Of a DNA stretch of 64,000 nt, positions 34,153 through 43,641 are shown piece after piece. The translations under genes and the position numbers were made by a program. The DNA lies in assembly GCA_004321885.1 (NCBI GenBank), contig SCQK01000013.1, positions 111,929 through 175,928 on the forward strand. Reading direction: 5' to 3'. Source of the DNA: Patescibacteria group bacterium. GTDB taxonomy: Bacteria > Patescibacteriota > Patescibacteriia > Magasanikbacterales > GWA2-37-8. Within the stretch, counting starts at the first letter, position 1; each line of letters starts with the position of its first letter. A model generated the notes under the pieces. That model had not been told where the DNA came from. It saw only the letters and a program-made list of their open reading frames with translations, and did not search any database.

Positions 34153-34674
34153 TTAGGCTTGCGCCTTTGATATATTACTTAACACTGAAACGAAATTGCG
34201 CAACGTTCCGGCCAGCACATTGACGAAACCGGAAATCGGGGCCTGCAAAGAACCAACCATCTGACCGAGCAATTCAGTCTTGCCGGGCAAAAGAGCCAAG
34301 CTCTTTACCGTCGCCTCGTCTATAAACTTGCCTTCCAGCACGCCGCCGAAAAGTTTCACCACTTCGTGGGTCTTGGCAAAGTTGAAAACCAGCTTGGCCG
34401 GAGCCACTTCATCGGCGCCGAAAAAGCTGGCCACGCCGCCCGCGAAAACTTCCGGATTGATATTGTCAAGAGCCGCCTCTTGACAGGCGCGCTTGAGCAA
34501 TGTTTTCTTGGCGGCCAAAACTTTAATGCCTTCCTTGCGGCAGGTCTTGCGCAATTCCTCGGCTTCAGAAACCTTCAGCCCCTGGAAATTGGCAAAAACA
34601 GCCGACTTGGACTGTTTCAGCCCTTCGGTCAGCGAGCTAATCGTTGCTTGCTTTTGCTGTTTTGTCTTTGGCAT
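34153..34674 (-). CDS. rplJ: 50S ribosomal protein L10
   Basis: 173 aa L10 fold immediately upstream of rplL. The leader region at 34690-34740 carries the perfect palindrome cagaactgaattaataaattaattcagttc, a candidate L10 autoregulatory site. Confidence 0.9.
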   Translation of the reverse strand: MPKTKQQKQATISSLTEGLKQSKSAVFANFQGLKVSEAEELRKTCRKEGIKVLAAKKTLLKRACQEAALDNINPEVFAGGVASFFGADEVAPAKLVFNFAKTHEVVKLFGGVLEGKFIDEATVKSLALLPGKTELLGQMVGSLQAPISGFVNVLAGTLRNFVSVLSNISKAQA

Positions 34675-34942
34675 ACTATGAATATAATCTCATTCGCTCA
34701 GAACTGAATTAATAAATTAATTCAGTTCGCTCGCTCATTTCGATTATAAACAAAAAATCTGTGTTTCCACAGACTAATCCCGCCAAAGGCGGGCAAGAGC
34801 GCAAATCGACCTATACTGTCATTCCGGCTTCCGAGCCGGAATCCAGTTCTTTTTTGCACCTCGGCAGGTAATTAAGCCCTTTCGGACACCTGCTGTCTAT
34901 GGTGACAATAATATACAGGAAGCATAAAAAAATGTCAAGAAT

Positions 34943-35626
34943 CTAATAGATTATTGTGCCTCTAATTTGTTCTTGACCGATGGCCCTCCCCAATTCCTCC
35001 AAATCAGTGCCTTTGACAAATAATACTTTCAATTTTAATTTCTGCGCTTCTTGGGCGGCCAGCGGGTCAAAAGGCAGATTAGCTCCGGGCGACCACTTGC
35101 TCCCCACTATTTTTCGCAGTTCAGCCCAGGTCATTTTTTCTATTGGCTTGGCCTGCTTGTCAATTTTCGGGTCGGCCGTATAAACATAGTCAACATTGGA
35201 AGCGTTGAGCACTTCTTTGGCGCCGTAGGTTTTGGCCAGCCAGACCGCGTCTCTGTCCGTGGAACACCCGGGCTTCCAGCCGCCGGCGACAATAATCGGC
35301 TTATTAGTTTTTATTTTCTTGGTCGGGTCAACGACAATTTCCGCGTGCGCAAATTTGCCAAAAAGCAAACGGATAAAATGCGCGTTCAGATGCGTGGCGT
35401 GAATGCCCAGCCAATCCAAATCCGCTTTGCTGGCGCCGTGTGCCTGGCCCAAAGCGCGCTGATACTGGCGGCATGTCGCCCCGCCGCCGATAACCAAAAT
35501 GAACCTCTCCCCTTTTTTGACGCGCTCAATAATTAAATTTTTGAAACGTTTCAAAAATTGTATGTCAAAACCCTCTTTGGGAATCACGATGGAACCGCCC
35601 AGAGAAATTATTTTAAGCAAGCTCAT
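34943..35626 (-). CDS. amino-acid-kinase family protein, archaeal-type UMP kinase-like
   Basis: MSLLKIISLGGSIV...FILVIGGGATCRQY matches the glycine-rich kinase motifs of the AAK family. Confidence 0.5.
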   Translation of the reverse strand: MSLLKIISLGGSIVIPKEGFDIQFLKRFKNLIIERVKKGERFILVIGGGATCRQYQRALGQAHGASKADLDWLGIHATHLNAHFIRLLFGKFAHAEIVVDPTKKIKTNKPIIVAGGWKPGCSTDRDAVWLAKTYGAKEVLNASNVDYVYTADPKIDKQAKPIEKMTWAELRKIVGSKWSPGANLPFDPLAAQEAQKLKLKVLFVKGTDLEELGRAIGQEQIRGTIIY

Positions 35627-35804
35627 AATACCCCCCTCCTCGCCTCCCCCCTAAGAGGGTGGAGAGAGTTAGATGGACCATTATGAGGAAGATTTTGACG
35701 GGAATGCTTTATTTGTTCCGGCCTGTTCGCTTTCCAGCGGCTCGGCGTGCGATAGGCTGTCTTGCCTTTTTGCGCCCGGTTGGATGAATAATTTTTCACA
35801 CCTA

Positions 35805-36026
35805 TTACAATTTATTTTTTAATTCTTTAATTTTATTTTCCATCGCGCCCAGATATTCTTTCATCCCCTTCACCAACTTTATCCCCTCTTCAAACTTTTT
35901 TATCCCCTCCTCTAAATCAATATCTTCTTTCTCAAACCAGCCAACTATTCCTTGCAGCTCCTGATACGATTTAGCGAAATTAAATTTTTTCTCTGGCATA
36001 TCATTAATTAGCGAAAAATACATCAA
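35805..36026 (-). CDS. xseB: exodeoxyribonuclease VII small subunit
   Basis: KSYQELQGIVGWFEKEDIDLEEGIKKFEEGIKLVKGMKEYLGAMENKIKEL is XseB-like. It lies immediately downstream of xseA. Confidence 0.75.
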   Translation of the reverse strand: MMYFSLINDMPEKKFNFAKSYQELQGIVGWFEKEDIDLEEGIKKFEEGIKLVKGMKEYLGAMENKIKELKNKL

Positions 36027-36032
36027 AAATCC

Positions 36033-37241
36033 TTAAACAAACAGCGCGGCCTGACCGGCTTTTTTAGCGCCCGTCCTTACTACCCTGCTCTCTATACTCC
36101 CCTTGCTTAATTCTATCATAATCTCGTCGCCCGCGTCCACCGTTGCCGCGTCGCGTAAAATTCGTCCGCTTTTGTCGCGCGCTATGCCATAGCCGCGACG
36201 CAGAACCCTTTTTGGGTCAACATTTTTAAACAGTCGCTCGGACGACAAAACAAATTCGTTTTTGCGCTGCCGGCTGTTTTCCAGCGCGGAAAATAAACCA
36301 AAAAATTTATCGGCCAGCGCCCGGCCGCGGGCCAGCGGAGCCTCAAAATCAGCGGTCAAAGCGGAAAACGCCGAATCGGTTTGCCAGCGCAGTTTAAGCG
36401 CCCGATGGGACAACGACTCGCTGAAATTATTCAGTTCAAAATCCAGCCGCGACCCGAACTCCCGCTTGTCCGGCACCAGTATTTCCACGGCGTTGGACGG
36501 CGTGGAGGCGCGGACATCGGCCGCGAAATCAGATAAAGACTCGTCGCGCTCATGTCCCACGCCGCAGATGACCGGAATTTTACTGCCATACACGGCGCGC
36601 GCCACTGCTTCGCTGTTGAAAGCGGCCAAGTCCTCCAGTGAGCCGCCGCCGCGAATCAGCGCCAGCGCTTCCGGCCTGTCGTCGTCGGCCAGCGCGTTAA
36701 ACTCCGCGAAAGCCGAAACAATATCTTCCACCGCCCCTTCGCCCTGCACCAAGGCATGTCGCAAAATTAACTCCGTTCCGCCCCAGCGGTTGTTCAAAAT
36801 CCGTTTGAAATCGCCGAAAGCGGCGCTGTCGCGCGAAGCAATCACGCCGATTTTTTGCGGCAAATACGGCAGGGGTCTCTTGCGGCTTTGAGCAAACAGC
36901 CCCTCGGCTTCTAATTTTTGTTTCAATAACAAATACGCGCGTTTAAGAGAACCCTCGCCCACCAGTTCCACGGCCTGCGCCACCAGGCTGAACTTGCCGG
37001 TCTTTTCATAAATATTCGGGTAGCCGGTAACGCGAATTTTCATGCCGTCTGTTAGCTGGACGCGCAATCGCCCCAGGGCCGCGAAACAATTTAACGTCGC
37101 CTTTTCGTCTTTCAAACTAAAAAAAACCCAGCGGCCCTGTGAAACCTGATATTGCGACACCTCGCCCTCCACGATGAACTCGCCGGCGACAAGGCCGTTG
37201 ATTTGCGCGATAAATTCGGAAACAGTGAGGGTTTTTATCAC
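36033..37241 (-). CDS. xseA: exodeoxyribonuclease VII large subunit
   Basis: N-terminal OB fold (LTVSEFIAQINGLV...GEVSQYQVSQGRWVFFSLKDEKATLNCF) plus the catalytic domain. Confidence 0.88.
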   Translation of the reverse strand: MIKTLTVSEFIAQINGLVAGEFIVEGEVSQYQVSQGRWVFFSLKDEKATLNCFAALGRLRVQLTDGMKIRVTGYPNIYEKTGKFSLVAQAVELVGEGSLKRAYLLLKQKLEAEGLFAQSRKRPLPYLPQKIGVIASRDSAAFGDFKRILNNRWGGTELILRHALVQGEGAVEDIVSAFAEFNALADDDRPEALALIRGGGSLEDLAAFNSEAVARAVYGSKIPVICGVGHERDESLSDFAADVRASTPSNAVEILVPDKREFGSRLDFELNNFSESLSHRALKLRWQTDSAFSALTADFEAPLARGRALADKFFGLFSALENSRQRKNEFVLSSERLFKNVDPKRVLRRGYGIARDKSGRILRDAATVDAGDEIMIELSKGSIESRVVRTGAKKAGQAALFV

Positions 37242-37849
37242 AAAATTATACTGCCGCCGACCAGCCAGCTGAAAATCGCGCCAATGATGGGCGAAATCAA
37301 TTCAAACAGAAAAAAAATAAAAATCAGCAGGATAAAAAATCCGTAGCGCTCCAAAAATATTTTTATACTTGAAGCCGAGTCCGGCAAAATAGCGTACAAA
37401 ATCTTGGAGCCGTCCAAGGGCGGAATGGGCACCAGATTAAACACCAAAAGCATGACATTGGCGTAAACAATGATGGCCAAAAAACCGACCAGCTCGCGGC
37501 CAACGGGAGCGAAGCGGATGACGGCCGCAAAAGCCGCGGCCAGCAAAAAATTGGCCATTGGCCCGGCCAAGGCCACCAGGGCCGGCCCCCATTTTTGGTT
37601 GCGCAAATTGTACGGATTATAGGGCACGGGCTTGGCATAGGCGAACAAAAATTGGCCCCGCGTCATTACGAAAAGCATTAAAGGTAAAAGAATGGTGCCC
37701 CACAGGTCAATGTGGGCCTTGGGGTTTAGGGTAAGCCGGCCGGCGTAGCGCGCCGTGGGATCGCCCATGGCATCGGCGGCCCAGCCATGCGCGTATTCGT
37801 GGATAATGGCCGAGGGAATAATGATGAGGAAATAAAAAATGAAATTCAT
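37238..37849 (-). CDS. M50-family site-2 protease (SpoIVFB-like)
   Basis: HEYAHG gives the HExxH motif. The second zinc-ligand motif FNLVPIPPLDGSKIL is present. Polytopic. Confidence 0.85.
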   Translation of the reverse strand: MNFIFYFLIIIPSAIIHEYAHGWAADAMGDPTARYAGRLTLNPKAHIDLWGTILLPLMLFVMTRGQFLFAYAKPVPYNPYNLRNQKWGPALVALAGPMANFLLAAAFAAVIRFAPVGRELVGFLAIIVYANVMLLVFNLVPIPPLDGSKILYAILPDSASSIKIFLERYGFFILLIFIFFLFELISPIIGAIFSWLVGGSIIL

Positions 37850-37853
37850 AGGG

Positions 37854-39080
37854 CTACGACGCGGGCGCGGGTTTGGGATTTTTGGTGGATGTTTCCGGTT
37901 TTATATTCTCGTTCACTTTTTTTATCAACGAGCGATAAAACGGTTCCCCAAGCACGTTTTCGTTTTCGCCGAGCATTTTCTTGAAAACAGCGGCCAAGGC
38001 CGGATTGTTTTGCACGCGCAACACCGAATTATGCGCCGGGTCGTCATCATTTTCCCATGATTCATTCCACCAGGCAAAACCGATAACCCGAGGCCACCGG
38101 CCGAAAAACAGTTCCGTGAGAGCGTCTTTGGCCCAATCTTCCTGCTTGACTGCCGGATGCCCGTTTGTAAATCCCAATTCCAAAATCACTACCGGTTTTG
38201 TCTTGCTTAATTTGGCCAAGCGCGGATAAACCGCGTCCATCATTTCACGCATGGTCTCGGCCTCGGCCATTGGCGTGCCTGCTCCGTAGATGCTCACTCC
38301 CAGCCAATCTATCCACTTGTCGCCGGGGTAATAATTTTCAAATTTATTCCAGGCTGTATTTGGAACATCGTCGCTGTTGATATGAAACGCCCATAAAATA
38401 TTGCTGGCGCCCTCCTCGCGCGACAAACGGATAATTCTTCGGTACGCGTCCTTAAATCTTTCCGGGCCGTCAAATTGTTTTTTATCGCCATAACCAAGCT
38501 TGGCCCCGCCGCCGTTCCATTTCCCGTTCCAGGCAAACCATTCGCCGTTTACTTCGGTGCCGAATTCCGCCAGCAGGGGTGTGCCGAATGTTTTGGCGCC
38601 GCGCGCCCAGGCGCGCAGGTCTTTGTCAAAATCTCCCCTGATGATTCGCGCCAAAGTATATTTCGGCTCTTTCACGTTTTGTTCTTCGCTGGAGCGCAAC
38701 ATCAGGCGAATAAACGGAACACTGCCATTGTCGCGAATCCAGCTCGCGGTTTTGACCGGAAACGGCTTGCCCTTAAACCAGTTGTGCGTGAAATAAACCC
38801 AGACTGCTTTTTTGCCCACCGCCTCCTGATAACTCGCCAACTCTTCTTTTTTTATCTGGTCTTCTTCGGCAAATTCTCCGCCCGGAAAAACCCCGTGATA
38901 ATATTTGCCGGCCCCGGGCGTCGCCACCACCTGCCCTTTGGCCGTGATTCCGTTTAGGGTGGAATTTTGCTGTGAAACGGCTTTGGAGCCGAAATAAAAC
39001 CTAAACAAAGCCAAACCGCCTAAAAAAAGAACAACTAAACCCGCCACCGCGAAGGCCAAATATTTTTGCGCTTTGGGCAT
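37854..39080 (-). CDS. membrane-anchored clan GH-A glycoside hydrolase (GH26/GH113 beta-mannanase-like)
   Basis: Candidate acid/base Glu in FGTEVNGEW and nucleophile Glu in VVILELGFT. An aromatic-rich (beta/alpha)8 pattern (WAFHIN, FAWWNE). Confidence 0.5.
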   Translation of the reverse strand: MPKAQKYLAFAVAGLVVLFLGGLALFRFYFGSKAVSQQNSTLNGITAKGQVVATPGAGKYYHGVFPGGEFAEEDQIKKEELASYQEAVGKKAVWVYFTHNWFKGKPFPVKTASWIRDNGSVPFIRLMLRSSEEQNVKEPKYTLARIIRGDFDKDLRAWARGAKTFGTPLLAEFGTEVNGEWFAWNGKWNGGGAKLGYGDKKQFDGPERFKDAYRRIIRLSREEGASNILWAFHINSDDVPNTAWNKFENYYPGDKWIDWLGVSIYGAGTPMAEAETMREMMDAVYPRLAKLSKTKPVVILELGFTNGHPAVKQEDWAKDALTELFFGRWPRVIGFAWWNESWENDDDPAHNSVLRVQNNPALAAVFKKMLGENENVLGEPFYRSLIKKVNENIKPETSTKNPKPAPAS

Positions 39081-39206
39081 ATATTATGTTATAAAAATAT
39101 ATCGGTATTTTACACCAAAACGCGCAAATATGCCAGTCCGCAATCCAGTTGTTGACAATGCGCGGCGCGGTGTTATATGATAAAAACATACCATATAAGT
39201 ATAAAT

Positions 39207-39605
39207 ATGAGCAAGGCAACCCTAACGACAATCATCGCGATTTTGGCCGCCGCGCTCGCCGGCTATATTATCTGGGCCGCCACCCGGCCCCAGCTTCTGC
39301 CAGCCGGCGGACCGGAACAACCGTCGCCAACCGGCACGGCGACTGCCGCCAAGCCGCAGACATACGGGGTGGAAATAAAAAATTTCACTTTCGCGCCGGC
39401 GAATCTGCGGATAAAAAGCGGCGACACGGTAAAGTGGGAAAATTTTGATTCAGTGCGCCACTCGGTATCTTCCACTTTCTCGGACCTTAATTCCGAGCTT
39501 CTGTCCGTAGGCGAAACGTTTAAATACACCTTCAAAAACGCCGGCGCCTACGACTATGATTGCGGCCCGCACCCGAACATGAAGGGAAAAATCATCGTGG
39601 AATAG
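39207..39605 (+). CDS. membrane-anchored type-1 copper (plastocyanin/azurin-like) protein
   Basis: N-terminal TM, then a cupredoxin domain with ligands H...C-x-x-H-x-x-x-x-M (YDYDCGPHPNMKGKIIVE). Confidence 0.85.
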   Translation: MSKATLTTIIAILAAALAGYIIWAATRPQLLPAGGPEQPSPTGTATAAKPQTYGVEIKNFTFAPANLRIKSGDTVKWENFDSVRHSVSSTFSDLNSELLSVGETFKYTFKNAGAYDYDCGPHPNMKGKIIVE

Positions 39606-39619
39606 CGCGGCGAAAACAG

Positions 39620-40018
39620 CTACTCCGTGGTCTGGCCGTCAAATTCGGCCTCGTTGGCCGTGGCCTCTTCTTTTGTTTGCCGCACTATGCCGTCTTTGTG
39701 GTGGGCCGGGGAATAAATCGTATATAGTTTGAGGTCTTCTGTTTCGGAAGTGTTAATGACATTGTGCTGGGCGCCGGCCGGCACCACAATCACCGCGCCG
39801 TCGCCGATTTCATACTCGTTGCCGTCAATTATACATTTGCCTTGCCCTTGTTCAAAGCGAAAAAACTGGTCGTTGCCCGGGTGCACTTCCATGCCGATTT
39901 CTTCCTTTGGTTTTAAGCTCATCAGCACCAGCTGGCTGTGTTTGCCCGTATAAAGCACCTTGCGAAAATTGTTGTTTTCCAAGGCGTCTTTTTCCATATT
40001 GGTAAAAAATCCTCGCAT
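39620..40018 (-). CDS. cupin-domain protein
   Basis: GMEVHPGNDQFFRFEQGQG...VVPAGAQHNVIN carries the two cupin motifs. Confidence 0.75.
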   Translation of the reverse strand: MRGFFTNMEKDALENNNFRKVLYTGKHSQLVLMSLKPKEEIGMEVHPGNDQFFRFEQGQGKCIIDGNEYEIGDGAVIVVPAGAQHNVINTSETEDLKLYTIYSPAHHKDGIVRQTKEEATANEAEFDGQTTE

Positions 40019-40081
40019 ATTTTTTAACTGTCATCCCGGTCGCCGCAGACAACCGGAATCCAGTGTTAAGAATAATTTTTT

Positions 40082-41086
40082 TTATAAACCGGCCGGGGCG
40101 TTTTCTTTTCTGCTTTTCCACGCCAAGACAAATAATACAAGAGCCGCGATGAACAAAACAACACTGGCATTTTTTACGCCCCGGAATAATTCGTCCAGTC
40201 CGGTTTGCAGAAGGTTCATGATAAACGCGCGCGCCGCCTCGGGCGTGGGCGACAGATGAACCGCGTCGAGCAGGCGCGTTTTGATCTGGGCGGCATTGGC
40301 GAAAAACCATAACGAGCTCGCGGCCAAAGGCGCGGCCAGCCAGGCCAGGAGCGCCTTTTTGTTTTTCTTGTGGATGAGGGCGATGACGGCTAAAAGCGCG
40401 AGTGCGACAACCGCCGCAACGCCCGCGCCCTGTTTGGCGCGAGCCGCGTAAGCCCGCGCCAGGGCGAGCTCGGATTGTTTTGGCGCCAGCGCCTCTCCCA
40501 CATCCACTGTATCGGGAATCTGTTTCAAAAAAATCTTCAATTCAGCGTCAAAATCCCGCATGGCCTTTTCCTCGCTCATCGCGGGGTTCCGGCAGGTTAC
40601 CGCCGGGTTCTCTCCCCTCTGCGCCCGCAGTTGGAAATCTATAATTTCCATGGGCGAACAAACAGGTAAGGCATTGTAATTTTTTCTGACCAGAGCGGAT
40701 AAATTTTTCGCCGCGGCCGCTTTTTGGTCTTTGACGCTGACTGTGAAATCAATGGACGGCTCGGTACCGTTCAAGTAACCCACTACCTGGTCTATGGCTT
40801 TGTCTGAATTGGTCTCCAGCCACTGGGCTGAAAAAATATCCGCCAAAGCGCCGGCAATGTCTGCTTCGGACAAAGACACCGCCGCTTTATTTTCTTTAAT
40901 CAGCTGACTGTAAATAATCCCGGGCGCGAGGCGAAGCGCCTGATTGTAGGCGTCCGCTTTTTTGAGCGTTGTTTTGTAAAACTGCGGCGCCAGCAAATTT
41001 TTGGAAAGCGTGAGCGCTCCCACCGTCGCGATGATGAGCGGCGCCAGGAACAAAACGATGACGAACGAAACGATGTGTCTGGGCAT
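40082..41086 (-). CDS. hypothetical membrane protein
   Basis: 334 aa with an N-terminal TM and two C-terminal TM segments. No family recognised. Confidence 0.45.
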   Translation of the reverse strand: MPRHIVSFVIVLFLAPLIIATVGALTLSKNLLAPQFYKTTLKKADAYNQALRLAPGIIYSQLIKENKAAVSLSEADIAGALADIFSAQWLETNSDKAIDQVVGYLNGTEPSIDFTVSVKDQKAAAAKNLSALVRKNYNALPVCSPMEIIDFQLRAQRGENPAVTCRNPAMSEEKAMRDFDAELKIFLKQIPDTVDVGEALAPKQSELALARAYAARAKQGAGVAAVVALALLAVIALIHKKNKKALLAWLAAPLAASSLWFFANAAQIKTRLLDAVHLSPTPEAARAFIMNLLQTGLDELFRGVKNASVVLFIAALVLFVLAWKSRKENAPAGL

Positions 41087-41257
41087 ATAATTATAAACTA
41101 TCTAAATTAGTCCCATTTTTTCAAACCAATATCTCCACAGACCGGCTCCAAATTCAAATTTTTAGAAAAAAAATTACAAATCATATTTCAAAAACAGCAT
41201 TAACTGTACCAATCAAAAGTGTTCATGAGGTGCGTTAGATATTACACACACAGACTC

Positions 41258-41346
41258 TGGCGGAAGGAGAGGGATTCGAACCCTCGATGGCTTACGCCAA
41301 ACCGCCTTTCCAGAGCGGCGCCATAGACCAACTAGGCGATCCTTCC
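41258..41346 (-). tRNA. tRNA-Ser (anticodon GGA, class II, CCA encoded)
   Basis: GGAAGGA-TC-GCC-...-GGC-G-CCGCT-CTGGAAA-GGCGG-long variable arm TTTGGCGTAAGCCATC-GAGGG-TTCGAAT-CCCTC-TCCTTCC-G-CCA. Confidence 0.85.
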
Positions 41347-41355
41347 AACTCTTTT

Positions 41356-42171
41356 CTAAACCCCACCCTTTGTCTCCCCCCTTACAGAGGAGGGATGTGA
41401 TGTTTGCCCCAATTTACCCCAAAACAGCGCGAAAGTCAATCCGGCGATGAGCGCCAGCATGCCCCACTGGGCCGGGGTAAAATAAAAATAGCGCGCGTCG
41501 CTGACCGGCAAATCAGTGGCGCGTAAAAAATCAAAAAAGAACCGGACCGCCGCGTAAGACAAAACCGAATAAAGCGCGACCAATCCCCAGCGCTTTTTTA
41601 TGAGGCGAGTAAATAATAGATAAAAAACAGCAAATAACGTAAATCCTAAAATAGATTCCAGCAAGCCCAAATCAAAACGCGCGCCGTCTGGTAAATTCAC
41701 GGCCAGAAAAAAATTTGACAGCCTCCCGGGATGCAAATGCGTGAAAAAACAACCCAAACGCCCAACCCCCCACCCCAACCATAAACTTAAAGCGCCGATG
41801 TCCAAATACGGCTTGATTTCCCGACAAGTAAATTTTTTTATTTTTACAAACAAATACAGGGCAACGCCGGCGCCGAAAAATCCGCCCAGCGAAGACGCCC
41901 CGCCCTGCCAAAATTTCAAAATATCGCCCGGGTTCTGCGCGTAATACGCGCTGTCGTAAAAAATCACGTGAAAAACACGCGCCATAATCAACGCGCCAAT
42001 GAGCATCCAGACCCCCATATCCAAAATCACTTCGCCGGACAAAAAATATTTCTTCGCCAGCTTGTAGCCGAATAAAACCGCGGCCAAAATTCCCAGCGAG
42101 ACGAAAAGACCCCAAACATGAATAGTGAGAGGGCCTAAGGAAAAAGATTCAAAGTGAAAGTATGGAAGCAT
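41356..42171 (-). CDS. lgt: prolipoprotein diacylglyceryl transferase with a repeat-encoded C-terminal tail
   Basis: FSLGPLTIHVWGL...Y..G...GR and the Lgt TM pattern. The final ~15 aa overlap the hairpin element at 41360-41400. Confidence 0.85.
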   Translation of the reverse strand: MLPYFHFESFSLGPLTIHVWGLFVSLGILAAVLFGYKLAKKYFLSGEVILDMGVWMLIGALIMARVFHVIFYDSAYYAQNPGDILKFWQGGASSLGGFFGAGVALYLFVKIKKFTCREIKPYLDIGALSLWLGWGVGRLGCFFTHLHPGRLSNFFLAVNLPDGARFDLGLLESILGFTLFAVFYLLFTRLIKKRWGLVALYSVLSYAAVRFFFDFLRATDLPVSDARYFYFTPAQWGMLALIAGLTFALFWGKLGQTSHPSSVRGETKGGV

Positions 42172-42243
42172 AATACCCCCTCCTCTATCCTCCCCCTAAA
42201 AGGGGGAGGAAGTGTTAAAGCCCACCCCCCTTAGATGGAAATT

Positions 42244-43584
42244 TTACAGATATTTCAGCGCTTCGCCGGGTTTGTTTATCACGCGCACGTAATTCTCGTC
42301 CAAATGGCCGATGGTTTTGTGCTTGTCCGCCAACTGATGAATGAAGTCCAAAAGCGGCTGCCAAAAGTCCTGGTCGTAAAGCAAAGTCGGGAGCGGCGTG
42401 ATTTTTTTCGTCTCTTGCAAAGTAAGCAGTTCAAACAACTGATGCATGGTGCCGAGCCCGCCCGGGAAAAATACAAACGCCTTTGACGGCGAAGTGATTA
42501 TCAGCTTGCGCACGAAAGGAAAAAAGAATCCGAGCGATTTAGTGACGTAACTGTTTACCCGTTCGCCGCCCTCAAACCGCATATTCAGACCGATACTGGC
42601 GCCACGCGCTTCAAACGCCCCTTTGTTGGCCGCTTCCATGATGCCAGGGCCGCCGCCGGTGATAGTGGTGAACTTGTTCTTGGCCAAAATTTTGCCGAGC
42701 TCATAAGCCGCTTTGTAATACGGACTGTCGGCGGCGATGCTTTTGGTGCCAAGCACCGTCACATCATCTTTGATGCTGGTCAAAAATTCAAAACCGTCCA
42801 CCAGTTCGGCCATGATTCTGAACACGCTCCAGTCCAAGCCGCCCTGGCAATGAGGATTTGAAGAACCAACTTCGCAAACATTCGGCCTGTCCACGGCGCC
42901 GACTTTGATGCGCGCCAGCGCCTCTTCGGCCGTCTCAACCACATGCCACTTGTCAACGTATGACTCCGGAATGCAACCGGTTTCGCGCGCCGACTTCTGA
43001 CGCAAAAAATTTATCACCGGCTGCCAAAAATCCTTGCCCACCAGAATTATCGGAACGTTGACCATCTGCCCCAGCTCAATATTGTCCACCACTTCAAAAA
43101 ATTCGTCCAAGGTGCCAAAACCGCCCGGGAAAAATACGAAAGCGTTGGCCGGCGAAGTAAGCATCACCTTACGCGTGAAGAAGTAGTAAAAACCGATGGC
43201 CTTGTTGACGTAAGGATTGATGCGCTGTTCGGTCGGGAGCTGGATGTTCAAACCCACCGACTCGCCGCCGGCTTCGTGGGCGCCCTTGTTGGCCGCTTCC
43301 ATAATACCCGGCCCGCCGCCGGTAAGAGTGGTAAAACCGTTTTTCGCCAACAATCGTCCGAGCTCTAACGCGATTTTGTAATATTTATTGTTGGCCGGCA
43401 AACGCGCCGAACCCAAAATAGTAACCTCATTTTTGAGGGTGGATAAAAACTGATACCCTTCCACGAACTCGGTGATGATGCGAAAAATTCTCCAGCTGTC
43501 GCGGTAGTTGACCACTTCACCGGCGGTGACGAGCGGCCTGTCTTTCATGAGTGATTTTAAGGCAAGCGTAGCGTTTTTAGGCAT
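42244..43584 (-). CDS. tandem-duplicated LOG-family (TIGR00730, cytokinin riboside 5'-monophosphate phosphoribohydrolase-like) protein
   Basis: Two complete LOG domains. Each carries GGGPGIMEAANKGA and PGGFGTLDEFFEV / PGGLGTMHQLFEL (the PGGxGTxxE motif). Confidence 0.8.
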   Translation of the reverse strand: MPKNATLALKSLMKDRPLVTAGEVVNYRDSWRIFRIITEFVEGYQFLSTLKNEVTILGSARLPANNKYYKIALELGRLLAKNGFTTLTGGGPGIMEAANKGAHEAGGESVGLNIQLPTEQRINPYVNKAIGFYYFFTRKVMLTSPANAFVFFPGGFGTLDEFFEVVDNIELGQMVNVPIILVGKDFWQPVINFLRQKSARETGCIPESYVDKWHVVETAEEALARIKVGAVDRPNVCEVGSSNPHCQGGLDWSVFRIMAELVDGFEFLTSIKDDVTVLGTKSIAADSPYYKAAYELGKILAKNKFTTITGGGPGIMEAANKGAFEARGASIGLNMRFEGGERVNSYVTKSLGFFFPFVRKLIITSPSKAFVFFPGGLGTMHQLFELLTLQETKKITPLPTLLYDQDFWQPLLDFIHQLADKHKTIGHLDENYVRVINKPGEALKYL

Positions 43585-43641
43585 ATATTCTGGATTCCCG
43601 CTCCCCGCCTTCGCGGGGACAAGCTTCGTGGGAATGATAAT

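Noticed and set aside
34943-35626. Calling this gene rplA or rplK because it lies upstream of rplJ
   Set aside because: The sequence is an amino-acid-kinase fold (GGS..., GGGA motifs), not an L1 or L11 ribosomal protein.
37363-37638. 91-aa minus-strand ORF nested inside the M50 protease gene, plus numerous antisense ORFs of 60-300 aa throughout the ORF track
   Set aside because: They overlap well-supported genes in other frames or on the other strand and have no independent signals.
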